Source of the DNA: Lama guanicoe
Taxonomy: Eukaryota
Reading direction: 5' to 3'
Assembly (NCBI GenBank): GCA_013239625.1
Contig: MU054220.1
Location: 8,095,367 to 8,159,366 of the forward strand
Length of the DNA stretch: 64,000 nucleotides
The notes beneath the pieces are model-generated. The model had not been told where the DNA came from and ran no database searches. It was given only the letters and a program-made list of their open reading frames with translations. Shown here one piece after another: positions 52,121 through 64,000 of this stretch. The position numbers were made by a program, and so were the translations under genes. Each line of letters starts with the position of its first letter. The first letter of the stretch is position 1.

Positions 52121-54577
52121 CTGGGTCTATACTTCTTTGTACACACCTTAACAGTGCCATTTCTCACATTTTATAGTGTGTGTCTACTTTATTGTCTCCA
52201 CTGTTAAACTGAGCCCCTTAGACTACTTTCTATATCTTATTCACCATAAACTCTCAGTGTCTGAGAAGTGATAGGTGATTATTTTTGTAATGAAGGCAAG
52301 ACCAAATGAAAGAACAAAAGAACTGGGTCTAATGAATAACTTTAAACATGATTTGAGTAATTAAAGGTGTTGAAGAATAAGACTTCTAGTGATAAGCCTT
52401 TTTGTTTGTTTGTTTTGTATTTTGTTAAGTGTCCACTGCATTGGACTGGGTAATCACAGACATGATGAACTCCCCTTAATTTCCCTCTAAAAAGATATTC
52501 TTTGAAAAATGTTCCAATAATTCATTAGAACCACTTATTGAAAAACTAATCCAAACAAAAATTAATTTTCTCACATATATTAAAATTAACATGGAAATAA
52601 ATAGGATTTACTGTAACAAGAGAATTTTGCATCTTCTAATCAGATGTTAGTAACAAATATTTGAAGCCAATAAACATATTTGAATGATACTAACTTTCAA
52701 ATTTAGCTTGTAACTGCTTAACAATGTATTATTTGTGGACACGATGAGACAATATTAACAGTAAATATATTGAGGACAGAGTATAAAAATACTTATAGTA
52801 TTACAAACTAAATTAATACATATTTAGTGAATCATTTATTGTTCCTCACATTAGGCTATATTCTTTACATCACTTTCATTAAGGTATATAATTATCATTC
52901 CATAGACTATAAATTTAAGACCAATGGAATTTAAGAAAGTTGCCTAATGTTACTTATCCGTTACAATGTCAGGCCAGGATTTGAAGTTTCAGTCAGGGTT
53001 TACTTTGTACTTCCAAATAATCATTCATATCAAATGAATTTTTGATCATAGTTAGTTACTCTAAATAAGCTAGTTAGTTTTTACCGAACTCCCTATATCT
53101 AAAGTCCCTCAAAGATATAGCTCTGCTGTCTTATCATTACTGAATCACCTTGCTCTTTTGTAGGGCACCTTACAGCAGAGATGTGATAAAGGTATCAAAA
53201 TAAGTGATGATGCTGAGGAAGTCTGAAGAGAGCAAATTTATCAGAATACGCTATAATCGTACAAGGTGATTCATTTCCTGATTTTCCTTTTACTTCAACA
53301 ACGGTTGTAATGGCAATTTTTCTATAGTGCCCTGAGGGATTTATAAGTTATTCTTGATGTCAGTGCCTTACTTCCCACATAGTCTCCATTTTTTACGAAA
53401 TAAAATTAGAGAAAGTAGAAGAAAGTGACTCAAAGATTCTCAAATTTGTGCTACATGAAAATTTATTCTCTACCCTGTCTCCTGCCTCTCTTGCCAAGAT
53501 TCTGGACTTTTATGTACTTTTTGCTGACTCCGTGAAATTTATGTTCTTTCCTCCTACTCTTTCTGAGCTAGAACGTGGATGAATGTCTACTTCCAACAGT
53601 AAATCAGTTGCTCTATGCACAAAGAATGTTTGTTCCAGTAAATATTTTCCCTTGATTCCTCAGCAGAGTATGAGCCAATAACTAGTTAGGCTCATGAAAT
53701 GACATGAGGTTGATACCGTTGGAATGTTTTATGTTGATTCAAAAATGTGGGAGACTAATGTTTCTTGGTGAATCAGTGGGAGAAATATGATTGGTATAGC
53801 CCTTTTGTTGCAAGACAACTACTGATTTTCAAGTTGCTAAGAGAATAAAAGAGAAAAAAAAATTAAAAGAAAGTCTAAACTTTTTTTTTTTTAAGGTGTG
53901 CTAGCTAGTGCTGTGAGTTCATTTATAGAATTATGGGAAATTGGGTTGGGGTTATTCACTGCTCTTTGCTTGAGGGGTGACAAAAATACTGTGTCATTAT
54001 CATATTTTATGAATAAACACAGTGTGGCTTTTGAACTTTCCACCGTAATGGAAACATTAGAATGGTTTTCAGATTTTTTTAAGGCTGAGGTAAGATGTTA
54101 AACATAAATTAATTTAAATGACTCAGAAAAGAAAGGCTTTATTCAAGCTGATGCAAATCAGGAAGTACCTGAAGGGCAGGTGGCTCCCAGAGAAGCAGGG
54201 TCAGGGTTTTGTGCGACAGGGAGAAGTTGCATTCCTGTCCTAGCAGTTTGGGCTCAGACTGGTTTTTTCCTTTAATTAAAATAAGTTGTTGTGGGTCACC
54301 ACTGTTTCCATGCCCCTTCCTCAGAGTCCTGATAACCACTTCAGAAATATTTTCTGAGAACTATTTTTGCAAACTTTACATTGAACCAGCTAATCCAGGT
54401 GAGGGAAGTAAATATCAAAAAAAGAAAGAGAAGGGGGCAAAGTTAGAAAGCAAAAGAGAAACTCGCACCCTCTATCACCTTTGATTAAGTGATTTTACAA
54501 ATGTAAGATGAAGTGTTTCTCGTCCCTCGAAAAATACATAGCTTTCTTTGTTTCGATGTGTGTGTGTCTGCATATAT

Positions 54578-54580
<3 letters not shown>

Positions 54581-54610
<30 letters not shown>
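54581..54610. repeat. (CA)n microsatellite
   Basis: Directly visible. Confidence 0.95.
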
Positions 54611-54612
<2 letters not shown>

Positions 54613-56829
54613 ATCTGTGGTGCTGAGTTAAATCAAACCACCAAAGCTTTGGTTTTGTTTCAAAGGTCAGGAAGAATGATACATTCAGACTCAGCAGAGA
54701 CTGTCCCTCGCCTTACTACTGAAACTAGGTTAGCTTCTCAGAAGTAGGTCCTGAAATAACAATTTTTGTGGAAGTGATTACAAAAAAGTTTCTCAGGATA
54801 AAAACATGAGAGAGAGAATTGGGATAAGAAATGTAAGAAGATCAAATTCTTGGTATCTAGCAAAGTTTTACAGAAGGAAATTTAGCTCCATTCAACAGGA
54901 CAGTCAGAGAGATAGTATCACACCTTGACCAGGAGGTAGAGATGCTGGAGTTTGTGTTTCCTGATGGATCACTCACTAGCTAAGGGTTAGTTCATTGCAT
55001 GTGAATTTCTGTGCACTTCCTTTCGCACTATCTGCAGGTAGACTGTTTTGGGGTAGCCCTAGATCTGCTGTGAAAAGGAGACCCCCCGTGTTGCATGTTA
55101 GCCGTGAACGCAAACTGGGAACCAGCAAGCACACAAATAATAAGCAAAACTAGACTTTTCAAGTTCTATCCAAATACGGCGAAACTTAAGAAGAAAAATG
55201 ATTCAAATTATATTATCAGGTTTCTTTTTGGACAAACTAAATTGAAGAATGTAGCCCTCCTATCTCTTCTTCCATAACATAGAACCTGGGACGCGTGCCA
55301 GAATAAGTATCACTCGGTGACAACAGGTGAAACAGAGGGAGCAAGGACAAGAACTAGAGTGAGACAGATAGATCGATGGATGGATGTGTGTGTGTCTTAG
55401 TTTGCACTAACTGGTAATATGGAATAAATGTATTATCCCCTCTTCCTCCTATAAATAAGAAGTAGGAGGTTGGAATTAAAAATGAGTACCCCCCAGGTTT
55501 TCTGAGAGGGTAGAAAAGATAGGACTTCCCTTTCCTCTCAAGCAACATGAAAACTATTACCATCTTTATTTTGTAGATGAGAAAAATTAGTTACACAGAG
55601 AGAACTTTCCCAATGGCAAATGATAGAGCCTTAATTTGGACTAGGATCTTAACCACGATGTTCTGTTGCCTTAACGAAGTTACCAGAAGGCACAGCTTTA
55701 AAAACTTTTTGTGTCCCCCAAGGACTTCTTGTTAATCAGATTGAATTATCCTGACGAAGAGAAATATGTTAATCTTCCACGTTGAAACACTGTGTGAAAG
55801 ACAGGCTTCTTCCTGTCTGTCTGGAGGGGATACCATTTTCATGGCCTTGGAATTTCAAGAAGACTCTCCAGAGAGTGTAGCATGTGGAAAGTCTTGATAC
55901 AATAATAAATATTCTGCTCTTTAGTCTAGTTTTATGATATTCGGTGAAGGATGAGATGCATAAATAAAAACTGCAAATAAAATTCTTAAAGCATGCCAAA
56001 GACTTTAAAAGAATTTGTATAAAAATATTGTATAACTTCCTTTTCAGGTAATATTCTGTGATACATTAAGCAGATACCCTTTTCCTAAGTGTGACCTCAA
56101 GGGCAGAGTAATATGTATGAATTTTGGGAATTTTCCTTTTCCTTGACCTTTTTCTAAAGGATCTCGCCTTAATTTTTTCCTTTTCAAAATAAGACTATTT
56201 TCTTTAAGCAGTTTTAGTTTCACAGCAAAGTTGAGTGGAAGGTACAGAGATTTCCCATATCCTCCCTACCTCCACACATGCACGGCCTCTCCAATTATCA
56301 ATATCCCCACGACAACAAAGTGGTACATTTGTTACAGCTTATGAACGTACACTGACACATTATTATTACCCAATGTCCATAGTTTACACTAGGGTTCACT
56401 CCTGGAGCTGTTCATTCAGGGTCCAGACAACTGTGTAATGATGTGTATCCACTATTGCAGTATCTACGGAGTGGTTTCACTGTCTTGAAAAATCTTCTGG
56501 GCTCTGCCTACCCATCCCTCCCTCTCCCTTAACCATGGATCTTTCTAATGTCTTCAAGTTTTTCCTTCCCCAGAAGGTCTCATAGGTGGAATCATACCAA
56601 ATGTAGACTTTTCAGATTGGCTTCTTTCAGTTAATAATATGCATTTAAATTTTCTCCCTGTCTTTTCATGGCTTGATAGTTTGTTTCTTTTAAGAGCTGA
56701 ATAGTATCCCGTTGTCTGGATGTACCACCGTTTGTTATTCCACTCAACTACTGTGTTGGTAGTTACATCTGTGTGCAGGTGTGGACGTAAGACATTCTTC
56801 TTTGTAAAAGGCATAAGGTCTGTGTTGCT

Positions 56830-57000
56830 ATTTTTTTAACGTTTTTTATTGATTTATAATCATTTTACAGTGTTGTATCAAATTCCAGTGTACAGCACAA
56901 TTTTTCAGTTATGCATGAACATATACATATTCATTGTCACATTTTTTTCTCCATGAGCTAGCATAAGATCTTGTATATATTCTGCTATACAGTATTATCT
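56830..57000 (-). mobile_element. Short young L1 3' tail
   Basis: Closely similar to the 3'UTR at 14850-15020. Confidence 0.85.
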
Positions 57001-57608
57001 TTAGTTTGTTTGTTTGTTTTGGATTTGCCTAGTGGTTTCAGTCATCTGTTGAAAAGGCTATCTTTCTCCATTGTATTTCCTTTGCTCTGTTGTCAAAGGT
57101 CAGTTGACTGTATTAATGTGGATCTATTTCTGGGCACTCTATTCTACTCTTGTTGTCTGTTTATCTGTTCTTTCACCATTACTACACTGACTTGATTATT
57201 ACAGCATTGTAGTAAGTCTTGAATTCGGTAGTGTCAGTTCCCCAAATTTGTTCTTCTCCTTTGCAATTTTGTTGGCTATTCTGGGTCTTTCGCCTCTCCA
57301 CGTGAACTTTAAAATCAGTTTTTCAATTCTATAAGATAACTTTCTGGGATTCTGATCGGGATTGCATGTAATCCATAGATCAAAATGGGAAGAACTCACA
57401 CCTTGACAATGTTGAGTATTTCTATCTGTGAACATGGAATATTTCTTCATTTATTTGATAGTTCTTTGATTTGATTTTATCAGTTTTGCGGTGTTCCTCA
57501 TGAAGAATTGTATTCATTTTGTTAGATATTTATCATTTCATTTTTGGGGGTGCTAATGTAAACTGTACTGAGTTTTTTATTTTAAATTCCACTTATTTAT
57601 TGCTGGAA

Positions 57609-59988
57609 TGGGCATATCTCATTTTATTGCACTTCACATAATTCTGCTCTGCAGATACTGTTTGTTTGTTTGTTTGTTTTTAACAAACTGAAGGGTTTTG
57701 GCAAGTCTGTATTGAGCATGTTTGTTGGCATCATTTTTCCAGCAGCATTTGCTCACTTCTTGTCCCTGTGTCACCCTTGGGAAATTCTCTTAATATTTCA
57801 AGCTCCTTCATTATTATTATATTTGTTATGGTGATCTGTGATAGCTGATCCTTGATATTACTGTTGTCATTGTTTTCTGGAGCCACTGACTGTGCCTGAA
57901 TAAGATGACAAACTCAATCAATAAATGTGTGAGTTCTGACTGCTCCCCTGATCAGCTGTCCCCTGTCTCTCCCTCTCCTTGGGCCTCCCTATTCCTTGCG
58001 ACACAACAATATTGAAATTAGGCCAATTAATAAGGAAGAGTCATACATCTCTCACTTTAAATCAAAAGCGAGAAATGATTAAGCTTAGTGAGGAAAGCAT
58101 GTGAAAAGCCTAGAGAGGCTGAAAGTAGGCTTCTTGTGCCAAATAGTTAGCCAGGTTATGAATGCAAAGAAAAACGTGAAGAAAATTAAATGTACGGCTC
58201 CAGTGAACACATACATGATAAGAAAACAAAGTCTTACTGCTGATATGGAGAAAGTCTGAGTGGTCTGGATGGATCAAATGAGTCACAACATTCCTTTAAG
58301 CCAAAAGCCTGATCCAGATCAAGACCTTAACTCTCTTCCATTCTCTGAAGGCTGAGAGAGGTGAGGGAGCTGCAGAAGAAAAGTTTGAAGCTAACAGAGG
58401 TTGGTTCATGAGGTTTAAGGAAAGAAATCATCCCCATAACATGTAAGTGCAAGGAAATCAGGAAGTGCTGATGCAGAAGCTCCAGCAAGTTCTCTAGAAG
58501 ATCTAGCTCACATAATTTATGAAGGTGGCTACGCTAAACAGCAAATTTTCAATGGAGACACAACAACTTCGTGTTGGAGGAAGACACCTTCTAGGACTTT
58601 TATGGCTAGAGAGGAGAAGTCAGTGCCTGGCTTCAAAGCTTCAAAGGACAGGCTGACTGTCTTATTAGGGGCTAGTGCAGCCAGTGACTGTAAGTTGAAA
58701 TCTGGGTCACTTACCACTCTGAAAACCCTAGCATCCTTAAGAATTGTGCTAAAATCTATCTTGCCTGTGGTTTAGAAATGGGACAGCAAAGCCTGGATGA
58801 CAGCATATCTACTTAAACATGTTTTTCTGAATATTTTAGGCCCACTGTTGAGACCTACCACTCAGGGGGAGAAAACAAGATTATTTTCAAAATATGCTTG
58901 TTGTCAATGCACCTGGTAACCCAAGAGCTCTCTAATGGAGATGTACACAAGATTAATGGTACTTCCATGTCTGCTAACACAACATTCATTCTGCAGCCCG
59001 TGGATCAAGGAGCAATTTTGACTTTCAAGTCTTATTTATTCAAGAAATATATTTTGTAAAGCTGTAGTTTTCATAGATAGTGATTCCTCTGATGGATTTG
59101 GTGAAAGTCAATAGAAAACCTTCTGGAAAGGATTCACAATTCTAGACGCCATTAAGTATTTATGATTCATGGGACGAGATCACAGTACAAACATTAACAG
59201 GAGTTGGGAAGTATCAGCCCTCATGGAAGACTTTGAGGGGCTGAGGACCCCAGCAGAGGAAGTAACTGCAGATGCGGTGAAAACAGCGTAAGACCTAGAA
59301 CTAGAAGTGGAGCGTGAAGATGTGACTGAATTGCTGCAGTTTCATGATGAAGCTGTAATGGGTGAGCAGTTGCTTCTAGTGGATGAGCAGAGAAAGCGGT
59401 TTCTGGACATGGAATCGACTCCTGGTGAAGGTACTGCGAAGATAGTTGAAATGACAGCAAAAGATTTAGAATATTAACATAAACTAATGGATAAAGAAGC
59501 AGCAGGTTTTGAGAAGATTGACCCCAGTATTGAAAGAAGTTCTACTGTAGGTGAAATGGTATCAAACAACACTGCGTGTTGTAGGGAAGTGGTTCCTGAA
59601 GGGAAGAATCAACTGAGGCAACAGACTTCATTGTTGTCTGATTTTAGGAAGTTGCCACCGCCACCCCCAGCCTTCAGCAGCCACCTCCCTGATCAGGCAG
59701 CAGCTCATGAGCATTGAGGCAAGACCCTCCACCAGCAAAAATATCATGACCTGCTAAAGGCCCAGATAATGGTTAGCATTTTTCAGCCATAAAGTAGTTT
59801 TTAAATTAATGTATGTGCATTATTTTTTTAGACATAATGCTGCTGTACACTTACTAGACTGCAGTATGGTTAAACGACTTTTATATGCACTGAGAAACCA
59901 AAAAAAAAAATTGTATGACTTTATTTTGATATTTGTTTTATTGGAGGAAGTCTAGAACCAAACCTGCAGTATTCCAGAGGAATGGCTG
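57609..59988 (+). mobile_element. Full-length Tigger1 DNA transposon (decayed transposase)
   Basis: About 2.38 kb. Termini tgggcatatctc... and ...gaggaatggctg match the Tigger1 TIRs. Internal transposase text ([17 protein letters not shown]) has stops and frameshifts. Confidence 0.92.
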
Positions 59989-60418
59989 AATGTACAGGGA
60001 AGCCACTGACCTTTATTGATTAATTTGTGTCCTTCAACCTCACTAAAATTGCTTATTAGTTACAGGAGTTTCCGTCAGTTCTTTCAGATTTTCTACATAA
60101 CTGGTCGTACTATCTATGAACAAAGACAGTTTTATTTATTCTTTCCCAATGTGTATCCTTTTTGTTTCATGTCTTGTTTTATTGCATTAGCTTGGACAAT
60201 TGTTTCTTTTAAAAAATATATAGCCTGTGGTATTACTAAGTAATCTTATGATACTGATATGGTAGAAAAGAAAAGAGAGTTTTAAACAAGACTTGTTTAG
60301 TTTCAGAGTATAATTTCACTCATCTGATGTACTTGATTTTTATAAACAAGGCAACAAGTTTGACTCAACCAAGGTCACAATAACTTAGTACTGAAAAGAA
60401 TACTGACTTTCTCTAGCT

Positions 60419-60646
60419 CAGTGATTTTCGACTGTGGGTGATTTTGTGCCCCAGGGAATATTTGGCAATATATGGAGCCATTTTTGATGGTCACAACTTG
60501 GAGAAAGGGGTTACCACTGACATCTAATGGGCAGAGATCAAATTTGCTACTAAATAACCTATAATGTCTAGGACATCCTTCCACAGCCAAGAATTGTTTC
60601 ATCCAAAATGTTAGTAAGTCTGCAGTTAAGAGGTTGAGAAACTCTA
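60419..60646. mobile_element. MER20 (hAT-Charlie)
   Basis: cagtg...gggtgattttgtgccccagggaatatttggcaat...gaggttgagaaac. Confidence 0.8.
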
Positions 60647-60659
60647 GCTACATGCCAGC

Positions 60660-61550
60660 TGTATTATTTAAGCTAATGCAAAGTGCTAAAGCAAATTTTA
60701 GTTGCTTACGTAATGGAAATCCTTCCTTGTTCAATTGAGTTCAATGCAACTATTTATGATTGGGAGGCTCTCCTTCAATCTGTGATTCAGGTTGCCCAGT
60801 ATGTTACCTATTGCTGTAGAAAAATTAACTTCTAAATTAAAGTGACTCATAAATGACAGTGGATTTAACAACAACAACACATTTATTGTATCGTACCATT
60901 TCTGTGGGCCAGAAATTTGGGAGCAGCTTGGCTGGGCAGTTCTGGCTAAGAATTTGCCAGAGAGTCAGATATTTGCTGGAGTTGCAGTCATCTGGAAGCT
61001 TGATTGAGGATGAAAACTGGCAGTAGCTTCCGAGGGACTTGACAAAGCTGTGCTGGGTCTTGGCAGGTCCCTCCGTTTCTCTCCACATGGGCTTCACCAC
61101 AGGGCTGCGTGGGTGTCCCCATGGCAGAAGAAGCCAAGTGGTAGCTGCAGCGCTTTTTAACATCATACATCACTTCTGCAGTCTCCTATGAGTCACGCAG
61201 ATCAGCCCTGATTCAATTTGAGGAAGGACTACAGAAAAACTTGATTACCAGGATGTGGAAAAGTATTGCAGGAGATCATAGTCAATGCTGGCTGTTACAC
61301 CTTGTTACTTCCATTAGATGTCTCCTGTCTTCAATAGCAGGCTTTAGAGATCACCATTGAGGTCATCTGTATCCCAGCCAGCATGAGTGGGAAAAGAGCA
61401 GAGGAAGTTACAAGTGAGAGATTTCGGGGCCATAGCTGGCAGCTCTGCACATTCTCTTGCTGAACAAGAACCACAGAGGTGGTTGGAAAATGTAATTGAT
61501 CTCTGTGCTCAGAAAGAAAAGTAAACAGGTATGGCAGAACGTCTGCCAAA
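60660..61550 (-). mobile_element. Nested MLT1 LTRs (MLT1J-like host, younger MLT1 inserted at ~60800-61300)
   Basis: Two sets of MaLR LTR motifs, with the host halves on either side of the insert. Confidence 0.65.
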
Positions 61551-63502
61551 CAAGGTCAGACTTCCAGGAAGTGTCTTAAACACAGTATGTTAGGCGATGT
61601 CATGCAGCCATGCCATTCCCTTTAGAAACCAAAAAGATATGAAACCATAATTGGAAGAACACATATTATTCATAATCAGACCGAGAGCAGCTGACCAATA
61701 TGAGTGCATTATACAATGTGCTGTTATACAATTATTTGTTTTATTCTAACATAGTCAAAAAAATTCTTCATTTTTTCCTAATCATTAACTTAGAAGCATA
61801 ACAAACCAGCATAGATTAAGTATCTTGTTTATACCAGATAATATGTAACACATTTAACAGACCTGAGAAATAACTGTTACAATTTTTATACTATGTATCA
61901 GGAAATAGAATACATTTTTTCCCATAGATTATTCAAAGTGATAGGGCTAATTAATGAAATGTACAGAATTCAAACATGTGTTGAATAGACCCTAATACCC
62001 ATGAATTATTATGACACACAACATATTCTCATTTTACCTTCGAATAGATATTACTTCACTCTTACTTCCTTAAAAATATCTATGATGTTTTTGAACTATT
62101 TATTTATTTACTTACTTACTTATTTATTTTACTAATCTCTTTACAAATAAACACGTACGTATTCGTATTCTATGTATGTCTAAAATTGCAAAGTTTCTTT
62201 AACCTTAGACAGGAGGATATAATGTAAAATAAAAGAAAATCCTAGCCTTGAAACAGCATTGTATTATGGTTCTTTTATCATATTTGGAAGCCTTTTTGGA
62301 GAGTGACATCATGCATGCAAATTAAGTAGTGCATAAACAAAGAAATTTAGCTGTAGAATATTTAAATTGTATCAGCCAGAAGCTACAAATACTTCTTTAA
62401 AGGACAGATTGTAGAGAAATCTACTGGAAACCAAAATTACTCTCTTCAAAAGAAGTCTTTTAGACACACAGCATATCTCTGCTTATTTTCCATACATTTT
62501 GCATGACAGACTACTTGATGTCATTCAGCCCTGGGAAAGGTATTTTATGATCAAATGATGATTACTTTAGGGCGATGAGATTTGAAAGGTATGCAAATGT
62601 GCTCTTTGATGGAAGAGCCATTTACCTATGAAAAGCAACATTACTAGACGACTGATACATTTAGAAGTAAATGGCAAACCCAGTGAACCTCACAGTATTT
62701 GGCTGGTTCTTAATCAGCAGCACATCCAGAAACATCCAGTGCCAGGATCAGAAAATGATAATGTAGTTAAGCATTGGAAAAGTCCATACTTTTTCAATAT
62801 TAGCTGAGAGCTAAACTGAGACTAAAAAAATACACAGTAAGACACACAGGGACAATTGTCTCAGAACATTCTCATAGACAGACTTCTGATCTTTGTTTTT
62901 CATTTCTTCTCTGTTAGAAGATGCTTTTTGTTTGTTTTTGATGTTTACTTTGCTGGTTTTTGTTTGTGTATTTCTTTGTTGTCATTATTGCAGACTGAAC
63001 TTAGCTCTGCATGTGGGTTTATATGAGTGTTCTTATCCCAGGAAATCATCTCCCATGTACTGCAATTACAATCATTAGTTTATGTATTGGGAACAAATCC
63101 TTAAGTATTTTTGGTTCATGATCAGTTCATAAGAAGTAGGGGATTTTCTAGAAATTTAAAGATTTCTTCATCTTTTTTCCACTTGCATTATCACTGTAAG
63201 AGCCGCCTCTCCCAACACCACCATCTCCGGTTAATGGTGCTCCTTTGGTTGGAAGGCTAACAGTAAAGATATTTCTCTTTTTCCACCACAACTTCCTTTC
63301 TTCCTCACTGTTCTGAGTTAGAAGAAATTAAATGAACATATACCAGAGATAAAATGCTGGATTTGTCCATAATATTAAATACTTTCCACGTAAGATTCTA
63401 CGAATTCCCTGTAGACCCCTCATTACAGAACCATGGCCCATGCCTTGATATTTACAATAAGAAAGCTATGGAGAAGTTACATAGCATCAAGTTATGTGAT
63501 GC

Positions 63503-64000
63503 TGTTAGCAGGCAGCGAGCCCCCTAAGTTAGAAGGCCCACCCAAAGTGTGAGTTGGTGCCACCAGCTGTGAAAGAATTCACAGCAGAGGCAGAGGGGTC
63601 ACGTGAAAAGGCTGCTTTATTGCTCAAGGGCAGGGAAACGGCAGGAAAGCACTCAGCAGGGAGAAGGAAGGAGAAGCACGCTAGCGGGGAGCCATCAGCC
63701 GAGATGGCGGTTGAGACAGCTCCAACCCCGGGTCGGGCCATGTTGACTTTTAATGGGAGGCTCCCGCCATCATGTCCTCCTTTTGTGTGTGTTGGAACCA
63801 GTCAGTCCTTTTACAGGCTTTTCGGTCCTTGTAAAGGCTTTTCTAGTTATCATGGCAGCTGTCAACTGTCATGGCACTGGTGGGTGTGTCATTCAGCATG
63901 CTAATACATCACAGTGAGCATGTGATGAAGCCCAGAGTCCACTGGAAGTTGGATTCTCTGCCATCTTGGGCTTAGCTGGTTCTAACCAGCTCTTGTTTCT
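63503..64000 (-). mobile_element. ERV LTR, truncated by the window end
   Basis: Starts TGTTA, has a reversed polyA signal (gctttatt), and is GC-richer. Confidence 0.7.

Larger units (their letters stand above)
56190..60200 (-). mobile_element. L1M (L1MC-like) element hosting a young L1 tail and Tigger1
   Basis: 3'UTR at 56190-56750; ORF2 at 57000-57608 (MFTDRNTQHCQ.../KLILKFTW) resuming at 59989-60200. Confidence 0.8.

Noticed and set aside
58000..59720. Domesticated TIGD1-like transposase
   Set aside because: Many stops and frameshifts; this is an ordinary decayed Tigger1.
1..64000. CRISPR arrays, tRNA/rRNA, prokaryotic operons
   Set aside because: This is mammalian repeat-rich DNA; no spaced direct-repeat arrays or structured RNA genes were recognised.

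Overview
AT-rich mammalian genomic DNA, probably cetartiodactyl and most likely camelid. This is inferred from the young L1 3'UTR type and from seeing no Alu, B1, Bov or PRE SINEs. A large part of the window is interspersed repeat: L1, L2, MIR, solo ERV1 LTRs with TSDs, a complete MLT1 MaLR provirus and a full-length Tigger1. I found no intact protein-coding gene. The main signal is a CpG island at ~43.4-44.4 kb carrying a strong minus-strand splice donor. It is followed by at least 13 candidate exons bounded by AG/GT sites, running leftward to the window edge (>43 kb). Their spliced translation is riddled with stops, many of them TGA/TAG. It nevertheless contains a by-eye RGS (regulator of G-protein signalling)-like domain and further RGS-like fragments reminiscent of RGS22/RGSL1. 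I interpret this as a long-dead, intron-containing pseudogene of a multi-RGS-domain gene whose CpG-island promoter survived, possibly still driving lncRNA in both directions. Exon calls, the RGS assignment and repeat family names come from manual reading and need HMM/RepeatMasker confirmation.
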